Positions 48,001 through 58,853 of a stretch of 64,000 nt of DNA are shown piece by piece. Below the pieces are notes generated by a model. It searched no databases. It saw only the letters and a program-made list of their open reading frames with translations, and had not been told where the DNA came from. The position numbers and the translations under genes were made by a program. Source of the DNA: Lepidodermella squamata (taxonomy: Eukaryota > Animalia > Gastrotricha); the NCBI GenBank assembly GCA_047495785.1, contig JBLDXI010000078.1, positions 1 through 64,000 on the forward strand, given 5' to 3'. Position 1 is the first letter of the stretch; each line of letters starts with the position of its first letter.

Positions 48001-48767
48001 AAATTGACATAAAATGTTTCGCTGTTGGTATTATTTTAATACTGCGAGCGAAATAGCCCCAGCCGGCTGTAACCCCCGAGTCGCATCCGTCGATTAAATT
48101 CGCAGTTATCGCGTTGTTGCGGCACATTTTGTTCACATCTGGCAAACAAATTGGTTTGATTTCCTCAGAAAATCTTGGTACAGGGCTTATCAGTCGCAAC
48201 AGAGCAAAATCATGGTCAAAGAAATTCTGACTCCCGTTGTATCTCGGATGAACAAGTGGTGGGAGAGACGCCGGAGATGCGTAGGAATTCTCCTCATACC
48301 GAACACTGATGTTGTAGCGACCAAGTAAAGCTTTGATGCTGTTTATCAAAAGTTTAAAACGTGCAGGATCAAACATGGAAAATAACTGAAAACTACAAAA
48401 TTGGAGTCGTTCCGTTATTCCGAACGCAATGAGCTGCTGTAATCAGCCATTGCTTCGAGATGAGAGAAGCTCCACAGTAGCTAGGCGATGATTCGGCACT
48501 CCAATATATCTCCAGGAAGACCTTTAACAAAAGTATCCTTTTTTGAGCATATCAGACAAATACAAATATGCGAACCAGCCAAGGATACTCATTTGGTTCT
48601 ACTGGATGGCTAGCTGGGCCTCTTGATTTCGGCCTAAGAAAAGGTTTACCAACACCACACTCGAGATCTTCAGCTACCTCCCCGGAAATGACTCCAACAA
48701 AAGCGATGGCTACGATCATAGAGAACGCAGTGATCACTACGTTCTCTATGGCTACGATAAGGCGCAT
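45045..48767 (-). CDS. Secreted protease: trypsin domain - 3 CCP/sushi - trypsin domain
   Basis: Both domains have TAAHC, DxAL and GDSGGP with S1 Asp; CCP modules at ~47660-47450, 47175-46995 and 46440-46216; splice phases allow a single transcript. Confidence 0.85.
48717..48750. mobile_element. 34-bp palindromic P-like mini-element in the protease signal peptide
   Basis: GCTACGAT|CATAGAGAACGCAGTGATCACTACGTTCTCTATG|GCTACGAT: 8-bp TSD and one mismatch in the palindrome. Confidence 0.9.
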
Positions 48768-50189
48768 TGTAAAATTCGCCGTGCTACAGCGTGCAACAAA
48801 AATTAGATGATGTAAATAAGATAATACATAAGAGAAAAATAAGATCTGCTGTGAATTTCGTGTACACCATGCGTAAAATCTCCAACTTGTAATATTTTCT
48901 CATGTTTTCATTCACGTTTTCATTACTTGTACAATACACAGATGCAACGTGTGTGTAGAATCTTTTACAATGCTGAGTTGATGGGTTGTTGTGTGGGCGA
49001 CATTCAAAGGCAGTTCGAAACATCCGGAATAATGAAAATGAATATAAACTTCCAAGTTCTAATAAGTTCTGGCTTTTGAGGTTCGAATAAGTTCTATTAT
49101 TTTACTATTACTATACTACTATTACCACAAATGCAAAGGCTCGGGAGACACGCGTTTGCATTTACGGAGGGTTGCATTTATAGAGGGCTGATAAAGAGCT
49201 AGCAATGAATCATAAGTGCGTCGCTAAGTTTTTTCTTAGTTGCTAAGGCGACGATGATTTTAGTGGTTAGCCATAGTTTAAAATATGCCGGGACAAATTA
49301 AGTAAACCTGCAATGATTTTAATGGGTTGTAGTATTTGTAAATGCAAAAAACTCGAATAATCGCGTGCGCACGAAGTAATTCGCAATCTCTTAAATAAAA
49401 ACAACAGTCTGTAAAGATCGAGAGGTTTGGTGTTGGGTGAGATAACACCGCGCGACCGTCGAGTTGAAAAGCTAGAAATCCGCCCGCAGAGTTGAAATTT
49501 GTTGCTAACGCCGCCTGCTTTTTCACCTTAATTAAAAATTATCAAACTGAAAGTTTAATTTTAATGAAAAATAATGTTTAAACAAATAAAAGGAACTAAA
49601 TCGCTGGCAAATACTGAGGTTTTCCATTAAAAGAGGTTGCATTCATGGAAGGCGCACTGTATTCAACGAATCTTACCAAATCTATGACTTGAGCTGTCAC
49701 AGCAAGAACTTGGGTAATCTTGAGCGCGCACGGGCACGCTTCGGATTTGAGCCTCAATATTAACACATTCGCTGCCATAGACATACTATGCGGTGAAAAC
49801 CCAACCTCGTAAACGTTGACCATCCGTTTCAGCCTCATAGAGTTGAAATCAGCGTATTCAAGCGCATCAAAAATCCTCAGAATAACACCACAGTCTTGCG
49901 GATTGGCACCTTTTCTGTAGCAAAATTACATTCAACTCTTCAGCGATGGCATTCAAGCGAGTTAGATCCGGGGGAGGGCGAAATTTCCTGTTTTTCGCGC
50001 CCACGGAGGTGCACTTTCGAGTCACAATTTTAGGTTTATATTCCAGTGATACTTGCTCTAATGCCCATTCTTCATGTTTAGCCGTTGAGCTTTACAATAA
50101 ATGCAGATGAATCTTCATATAAAGCCTTTGAAAAATAAAAAAGTAAAAAAATGTATATAACAAATTATCCTCAAATTGTCTTTTGAATC

Positions 50190-50520
50190 TGATTGACGCT
50201 GATTCTTGATGCTTTCAACTGAGCGGCCGCTCCTTTCTCGGATGTCAAGCCTCGCCCTGCAATTTGACTAACATTCGAGGCAAGGAAGATCGAAAAATCT
50301 CTTTTTTTGAAGTATTATGATTGTTTTCAAATTTTCAAGCCGACAGCCTGGTCACTTACATCGACAAAGCCCTCAGCTTAATGTCATTAGATTTTTCCTT
50401 TCAACTTACCGCCTAAATTACAGCCAGCAGTGACTTGCTCTTCATCGAATGGATCGGTCTGCTGTAATATCTGGCCTCCACCCTTCCCCAATGATGCATC
50501 GGCAACAATGCCGAAAATGG
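50190..50520 (+). pseudogene. Fragment of another Cys-rich/C-type lectin family gene
   Basis: Three exons homologous to 59690-59990 (TCCTTTCTCGGATGTC, ACTTACATCGACAAAGC, CSSSNGSVC); conserved RCF reads TGA-TGC-TTT at ~50207. Confidence 0.7.
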
Positions 50521-51202
50521 AGCTCGAAGTGGCAAGTGGCAAGGAACCGATCCTTCTCAACATGGAGAGGCATGTCGCAATCGCCCGGCCGAATGCAAGA
50601 CGAGCTGTAAGATAGGCAGCTCGTCTGAAAAAAAACTTCTGAAGTTTGAGCAAAATAGTTTACTGATATGACCGAATCTTGCCAATACTTAAGGATTGAA
50701 AGTTTCCCATTTCAATCGATGCGCATGACTCCGCCTTCTCGCTGGCGCTTGCTAACCAGCTGTGCTGTCCAACGTCGCTCTCTGGGCCAATGAGAACCCG
50801 CGCCCAACGGTAACGCAGGCGGACATGAAAATTTGCGTTGCCCTTGTTTCATTGGTACAACAAATTGATATTCAAATTGTCATTGAATTGCGTTTCAAGC
50901 AAGTTGGGTGTTAATTTCCTGTTTTTTTGCGCCCCCGTGCTATTAGCCAAGGAAATGCACTTTCCAGTCACAATTTCAGGTTCATTTCTAATTTTGGAGA
51001 CAGACTTGTCATAAAACTTGACGAGGCGAGGAATAGCCCGTACCGTCCTGTTATCACGCGCCCTCGTGCAATTAGCCCGCTTTTCGGGTGACGGTTTTTC
51101 GCGGATTTCCTCATCGCGGATGGAAAAAAGAAAGCTGCAACCCCCAGTGATTGATTTCATATTTCGCCTGCTGCTCATTTTCGCTGGAATTCGCTTCCAA
51201 GA

Positions 51203-54200
51203 ATGTTAACCCTGAACCTTATTTTATGGCTAACGATGCAATCGATTCTTTTCGCAGGAGCCCAAAATTCGAAAATGGAGGTTATTCCTATAACCACACC
51301 GATGCCCTCAACAATGAGTGTAGTTACCTGGCGAAACGAAAGCGTCAACGTCACATCGACAAGGCCGAAAGTTTTAAGGGTGCTCACGTCGCTAATGTAT
51401 TCAGGCGGCAATCCTCTTGGTCCGATCGGCGTTCTAGCTCAAAGGCTTGCTGTCGAGAAGTTAGCTAGTATGCCAAACTGGCTGCCAGGGTACGACTTAC
51501 AATTCGACTTGATCGACGACCGATGCGAAGACACAGCATCGATTGTTGAGCTTACGAGAAAGATGAGAGATTACAGCGATGGCGATTACGAATCCGTTCT
51601 ACCCCTTGTAGTCATGATGGAATCAGCCCAAGAAGGTCAAATGAAGATGGTCAACATTTTGCGAGGTTACAATATGATGGGAATGAACATTTATCCCATG
51701 CCTCAAATTTTCGATAAGAAGCATCGCTACCCCAACTATTTGCCGTTTGGCGAGAGGCAGGACTACTTTGTACCAGCCGGGGTCGAGTTCATCGATAAGA
51801 TGGGTTGGAAACGGGTCGCAGTTTTGGCAGACACCAACACATTTACTAACATGGTAAGGGGAATTTTTTTGTCATAATGCTCACTGAACCTTTTTCCCAG
51901 ATGGATCCTATAATGGTTCGGGAATTCGAGGCTCGAAACATCTCCCTGGTTTATATGGACAAGTTCGGAGAGGAAGCAGATGACGAAGTCGAAATGAATT
52001 CGGTATTTACGGCTTTGAAGAAGAAAAAGCCGAGAATCATCATGCTGGGGTTAGTTCGTAGTGCGCTGCCCATCGCTTGTTACCTTCACAAGTATGATAT
52101 GTACAGCCCCGCTTACGTTGTTTTCTCATATGGCTGGACCTACTTCGATGAGAATAATGATATCCCTGACTCATTGTCTTCATGGTGTACCAAGGAAATG
52201 ATCCTGACAGTCCTGCCTAGGTTCATTTTCTTTTCAGATGGGTTCATGGCTGACATTTTCGGCGATGATTTCAAGGAATCGCTCGGGGAAACTAAGGATT
52301 CGTTCCTCAACTATGTCCGCCAGGGCGTGAATGATACCTCTACGGCTATTGGCTACGAATACTTCGCGCCTGTAATCTACGACCGTATTGTCATAGCTGG
52401 CCATTTGCTCAATGAAACTGAAAATTACTTGAATTCACTCAATTCGACTTTGGCAGACTGGACGCTCGATTCCACAGATTACAATCAAAACAAAAATTTC
52501 ATGATTGATCTTTTTCGGAAGATGTCTGGAAAACTGTCTCTGAAAGGCATCAAAGGCGAATGGAGCTACGATCCGAAAATTGATCTCCCTACAGGTTACA
52601 TGCCAATCATTTTTACTCAGGCGGTAGTCGAAAAAGGTCGCAGTAGGTCTGTAAATGTTGGCCACTACATTTCGAAAAGAGCCAGTGGCAAAATGACAAT
52701 TTACGATGGGAAAATCAATTGGTACACTGATGATGGGTCCCCACCCAAGGATCGGCTAATAGTTCTGATTCTTAACATGCCTATGGTTACGTTAACAGCT
52801 AACATCAGTCTGCTTACAATTGGGGCAGCCTTTTCTATGTTGTTGATCTCGCAACTGGTTTTTGCCCTGGCTAGATCGAAGTATGGAGTTTTTATAGAGG
52901 CAGTCTTCTTAAAAGGGAGTTTGATCGCAGTTGCCCACGTTTTCGCAATACCTATAGGATTTCTCCAGAATCCTTGCCCGAATATCACTGCAATGATTCT
53001 TCTTATCGCTCTTGGGTCTAATGGTGCTTTCACAAATGCGTCGGACGGCGAAAACTTCGGTTAGCAACTCGCAAACTTCGGAAAAGTGAAGCGAAACGTC
53101 GGACGGTGTTATCAGTGGCAATTCGGACGCGCGCGCGCAGCGAGACGTCCGACGTTCTATTGTTCTTCTCCCGAAGTTAGCGCGCATACCTCTCAACGAG
53201 CGCACGCACTTTTATATAGCGGAAAACGGCCGGGTACAGCAACTTTTTTTTCATTTCGGTCCCAATTAAAAAAATGTTTTCAAATAAAGGTAGATGACGT
53301 AAAAAGCAACACGAGCATATATAATTTTACTATTATCGCATTTATCAAGCCAAACATGTTGTTCTATAGTAAAAATGAAAGCAAATCAAGTCGAAGCACA
53401 GTATAAGGATGCAAAATGCGAAAATCAGAAATGAGAAAATGAATTTACATTCATGAGATGTTAATCATTTTAGTGCGAATATTAAAAATCGACAGAAACC
53501 GACTGCTGAAATTTAGAATTTTCGATTCAGCATTTTTGACTGCCAGGCAACCATGCCCGATTCGGACTGGAACCAGATGGTTAAATTCGAGCGCAACTGC
53601 TGGCCGTGGTCGAAACCCTTTTTCTCGGTGACGCGAATATTCTCTGGGACGAAATTCGGAAGCGCGCCTTCTTTCTCGATCTCCTGCCACGTGTCCCACG
53701 CCTCGCGATCGCCGATGTTGTAGTTAGAAACCTCGGCCATTGCGAAATTATGAAGCGTACAGATGGCCAGCACGGCGTCTTCTGCCATTTCTGGGCTCAA
53801 CTCCATCACTTTCCGAAGTAGGCGGAATCTAGCTGATGCAATGCCGAATGCGTTTTCGACGACACGCCGACCGCGAGATAAACGATAATTAAAAGTTTGC
53901 TTATTAGCCGGCAAATTTCCGGATGTTTGTCCGGGATAGGGTGAAAGGAAGTTCCAGTCTAGCCCGAACGCCGCATCGCCAACAAAATAATGGTTCGCCT
54001 TCATATTGCCACCAGGTAGAGGAATAGACTCTGTTGGCGTGGTGTTGCTGCAATATTCCAGCAGGCCGCTATTCTTGAATACCCCGCCGTCACTGAAACG
54101 GCCGTGGGCACCGACATCGACCAGGCAGAAGCGATACTTGGCGTCAACCACCGCCATTAGCACAATCGAGTAAGTTCCCTAAAAAAATAAAAAAATAAAT

Positions 54201-57102
54201 AAAAAAAAACCAAAAAAATTAAAATTAAAAATTTACAATTTAATTTTGAGAATATTTTTTTAAATAAAATAAAATAAAATAAAATAAAATAAAATAAAAT
54301 AAAATAAAATAAAATAAAATAAAATAAAATAAAATAAAAAATAAATAAATAAATAAATAAATAAAAATTGCTACCAACCTTATAATTATAATATTCGCTC
54401 CCAGATTTTGCCGGACGAACGATGACGCAGTGTTTTCCGTCTACCGCGCCGCAGCAGAACGGCAAATTCCAGTACTGGCCAAACTCGGCGGCGTTCTCTC
54501 GCCACGTTTCAGCGGTGGGAGTCGGCATGTAAATTGGCATTAGGGCGGTTGAGATCGCACGCATAGTTCTTTTCAAAATCGAATGAACTGTTGCCACGCC
54601 CATTCGAAACGAGTATGACAGGCTTGTCATCGACTCTCCAGTTGCTAAAAAACGAACGGTCAGCGCCATTTTTTCTTCGAGCGAGATGCCATGCCGGCCG
54701 AATATCGACGGCTTGGCAGTAATAGGCCGTACCAGTGCGACAAGTTTGTTGAATGCGGCAATATCGAGGCGATAATAATTTTGAAATCGCTCATTATCCA
54801 TCAGCAGCTCGCGGTGTAGACAATGGAAATGACCCAGCATTGGCCGTTGCCGATTCACCGGGTGAATGCCATAACGACGCACTTTTTTCTGTGCTCGTTT
54901 TCGGCGTAAATGCAACGCTAAGCCGATTAGAAGAGCCTTGCGTCTACGGTCGCGAATCATTTCAGGAGAAGAGAAATTAATTAAATTTTCTTAATCAGAT
55001 TAGTGGCATCCAGGTGAGCGAGGCGAGGCGAGCATGACGACGAGCGTGGCGGCCGCGCATTGACGCAGCGCCTGCCGCCATCTTGGCGGTGCGCCCTTTG
55101 ATTTCTCAACATGGCGTCCGAAAATGCCGCGATTTTGGGTTATTTAAACCAATCCAACATCAGCTAGGGTATCATCGCTCAACTCAAAACTCGCCGAAAA
55201 CTAGACTTTCACTCAGCTTTTACTCGAATTTGGCTAGTTTTTCGTTAAAATGAACGACATGCGCTATTATTTTCCGTCGTCGTCGTCGTCGTCGTCTCAG
55301 GTGACTTTCGATGACAGCCAACCGTACACGATGATGCAACCGTCTCAACACATGTCGTACTCGCAGTTGCCGCCAACACCGGTTCCGCCCAACAATTCTC
55401 GCCCGTCCTCGTCGGCTTCTTCGTCGTCGTCCGCGTCTTCTTCGATTTCGTTCGAGCAGCATCGCTCCGAGGTGCATGCCGCTATTATCGAGTTTGTTCG
55501 ACACAACCCGTCGCTTTGGCTGCCGTCAGACGTCAAATACAGCGACGTAGTCTTCAAAAATGCCCTGTGGGCTACTCTGGCCACACGCCTTCCGATGAAG
55601 CCCGCGACAGCGTCAGCCCCGGCACAGCCGTACACCTACAAAGAAGTGAGCGAGGAGTGGCAGCGTCTTCGCGACCGCTTCACTAAATGCCACAAGCAGT
55701 ACGTGGCGAGCGGCTCGGCAGCTGAGAAGACTGTCCGTTTCGCCTTCTACGAGGCGATGACCTTTCTGGCGGACGTAGTGATGTACAAAAACAAGTGAGT
55801 TATTTTATTTATTTTTTTTTAAATGAAAAATGTGCGGAAAATCGGAAACAAATTGCTTAAATTTTTCATATTTTTCAGAACGAAGTCGAATTTACCTGTT
55901 TCTTCGGCGTTACCTGCGTCAGTTGCCCGGCAACTTCGCCCCGACACGCCTCACACGCCTCAAACGCCTCAAACGCCTCAAACGCCTCAAGTCAATGCTA
56001 CTGGCGATTCTTCCGGCGACGCTGGTCAGTTGAACCCTCCGCCCGTCTTAGCCGGCGTTCAAGACTCGCAGTCGAACTTCATCGAACAGTCGACACCGTC
56101 AGCAGCAGCGGCAAGCAGTGGTCGGAAGAAGCGGAAGGCGGAAGAATCTGAAGAACTTGACCCACTTACCCGGGCGATAATCGCCTCGCTCGAGGGCGAG
56201 CCGCTCTTAACAGAGCGCCGTCGCGCTATTAATGAACAATTTGCGTCGATTTTGAATATTATTGATGAATCACCTCTCAGCAAAAGCGAAATATCGCGCT
56301 TGTTTTTCGATATTAGTGATTTAGTCCGTCGCACGGTGTTCAACTAATTGTAAATTGTTTTGTAATTTTTTGTTGAATTTTTGTCTTAAATTGTTGAAAT
56401 GTGTTGTAGTATATGGTGTTGTAATTTCCGCTGTTGTTGAGCCCAATAAAACTTTTCCGCTCTTCGTTAGATTCTTTTGTTTAAACTCTTCGGTTCGGAC
56501 GCACTTCGGACGGTAGTTTTGCGGGTCTCCGATCCGACGTTCATTGTTTTGCGTGCGCGCGCTGCGTCGGACGCGCTATTGTTCAAACTTCGGGCGCGCA
56601 GGCCGAAGTGCGCGCGTTTGTGAAAGAAAATCTGAACGTCGGGCAACTATTACGCTACTTCGGTCGCCTATTACGAAACTTCGGGCGCCGAAAACGTCGG
56701 ACGCTCGTCGGACGCATTTGTGAAAGCACCATAGCTTTTATCGCCCGGTCTGTTGTGAGGAAGCGACGCGCTGCGAGGAATCACCCCGCAGTTTTTCTGA
56801 GGCGCATCGCATCCGCTGTGTACGTACTGGCCACGATTATCGTCGCCGGCGTGGCTATAGGACTGCTTGTCAGCCGCTCAAGTCAAGCTTTGATCATTCT
56901 TGGCGCGATCATAGGCTTGCTGTTTGCCGTTGTCAACAACGTCCTGATTTTGCTGATGAAACTCAAAAAACCCATCAGATCGCGGGGTACGACTCCATCA
57001 CGCATTGAGGATGTATACGCTCAGCCGAATGGTTTCCAGGCACGTTCCTGGATCAGCCCTTCCCCTTTGAGGCGTATTTATGCCCCACCAGATATGCACT
57101 GA
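51203..57102 (+). CDS. GABA-B-like class C GPCR (Venus-flytrap + TM domain) interrupted by a transposon
   Basis: Signal peptide, WLPGYDL..DDRCE, MGWKRVAVL, DGSPPKD; intron 51854-51900; TM helices before 53022 and after 56731. Confidence 0.82.
53513..54960 (-). CDS. Harbinger DDE transposase (HARBI1/DDE_Tnp_4-like), ~415 aa
   Basis: Exons 54960-54379 and 54178-53513; GAVDGKH, YYNYKGTYSIVLMA, VGDAAF, FNYRLSRGRRVVENAFG. Confidence 0.95.
54262..54365. repeat. (AAAAT)n/(AAAT)n microsatellite in the transposase intron
   Basis: Seen directly; explains the FILFY run in ORF 54157..54960. Confidence 0.95.
55250..56347 (+). CDS. Myb/SANT-like (MADF) DNA-binding accessory protein of the transposon, ~337 aa
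   Basis: Exons 55250-55794 and 55879-56347; IEFVRHNPSLW..KNALW..EWQRLRDRF Trp pattern; NLS-like GRKKRK. Confidence 0.9.
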
Positions 57103-58659
57103 TTTTATCTTGAAATAAAAATGTTCAAAGTTCAGATTGGCAGAGAACAATCTGAAATTTTATTTTATTTTGACCATAGTGGCGTCTTTGAAAGCGGAGC
57201 ATTAATGTCAAAGGACAAGCAGGACGTGAAGTACAGGGGGAATGAGGGGAATTGTGCGCCCGTTTGGCAGGCTAAGGTGGAAAAGAAACAAAAAGACCAC
57301 AGGGGGGCCCTTAGGTCATAAAGTTTGGGCCCGATAACATCCCCTAGTATAGGAAGATCCTATACCTCGCGCACTGGTGGCGAGTGATTCGGGTCTTTGT
57401 TATGAAAAAGTCTTGAGCACTCGTTGCATTGCGTCTAATTTCATTTGAAAACAAGTAAGCAATCGCCGATTGCCAATCCCAGACTGGAAAGCCCTAAGCT
57501 AATTTCTAGATACTAATTATGAGACCTAAAAAATGAGTCATTTTGTACAACACGGCGCATTTTCGCGACCTTATTTCGAAGAGGTTAATCAGCCCGATAC
57601 TGGAACACGATTATTGCCTTCGATCAATTGTCCATTGTCAAAACCAGTTTGAAAAAATCAGTAGGCGAATTAAAACAAAACAAAATATGTGGACTAGTTC
57701 ATTGTCTGCTCCTTGTTGCACAATCGCTAGCGCGTGCTTCCGCGCCATGAATTTTTGATCGCTAACAAGCAAAAAATGCTTCTTTACAACAATAATAATT
57801 CGGAGCTCGAAGCCGGTTTTTTGCTACATATCATCTGATTGACGTGACAGTTTAAAATATAGAATTTAGTTTTTTCAGCCTAACATCTAATTCGGTCTGA
57901 ACATTTTCCGCTGGAATTCCAGTTTTAGGTTTTATCTCTTTTATGATTCTTGTATTCATATATATTCTCTTGTACTTCTGCTGAAATGAGTTCGCAATAA
58001 ATTATACCAGCTTCTATTTCTATTTTGCCCATTCAGTGGCTCAGCTTTTCAAAATGAGCTGGTGAATTTAATGTTTGTCTGAAACTTAGATTGCAGTCAC
58101 CTCTCACGCAAGAAATGATTCCCACAGTATTTGTCCACAGTATTAACCAGGTCGGAGTTAATTAAACAAAACTCGCCTGAATAATTGTCCACCTTTAGTT
58201 TAGAATATTATTCCGAGGCAACGGAACCAGATTCCTTCGAAAACCTATACTTGTTTAATCTTCATCTGCTTTTTTGTGTTTGTGTGTTTGTGCGTTTGTG
58301 GTATAATTTTATTTGCTAATCTAACGAAATTGATATATTTTTTAGTCAAATCACATATTTTTAACACGAATGGGTTGATTAATTTAAACGGGTTATTTCC
58401 AGCATCAGGATTATTTCAAAGCTCATAAGCCCAAGATAGGGCAGCTTGACATGTTAGGGAAAACTACATACAACATATATTTGCAGGATGGGTTCAGATC
58501 TAGGACAGGATAAGTGTTACGGCAAAACTTTATACGCAACAGATTTTCTTGTTCGATCTTCCTTTTCCAGCCTTATAAGCCATCATGACTGCAAATGAAA
58601 TTTCAAGATATTCCCATTGCTATTGTCTATTGTCTGTACAGATTCAAAATCATTGATCA

Positions 58660-58768
58660 CAGTGTGCGAAGTAGGATCCAGGAGCTGAGGTTTGTTCTAG
58701 CACCCAGGCGAAAAAACCAAAGGGACCCTCCGACTGGAAGTACTGGAGTCGCGACAACCCAGCACCCT
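58660..58768 (+). mobile_element. Truncated hAT-like MITE copy just upstream of a lectin gene
   Basis: CAGTGTGCGAAGTAGGATCC...GTCGCGACAACCCAGCACCC. Confidence 0.7.
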
Positions 58769-58853
58769 TAGCTATAAATTGACGCCTGGTACTCGTCTAG
58801 AACTTTTTTCTATCATAACATTTTCCTATTCAAATATTTATATTCTGAATCAA

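Larger units (their letters stand above)
53023..56730. mobile_element. Intact autonomous PIF/Harbinger-type transposon (~3.7 kb)
   Basis: TIR GGTGCTTTCACAAATGCGTC(g/c)GACG (complementarity extends 2 nt further, AT); subterminal CGTCGGACG/AACTTCGG repeats; divergent transposase and MADF genes. Confidence 0.95.

Noticed and set aside
54157-54378. Hydrophobic FILFY repeat in the transposase ORF
   Set aside because: Translation of an intronic microsatellite; splicing restores YNYKGTYS.
58658-58664. CACAGTG, an RSS/Transib-like heptamer
   Set aside because: Chance product of flank plus the CAGTG MITE end; other copies lack it and show an 8-bp TSD.
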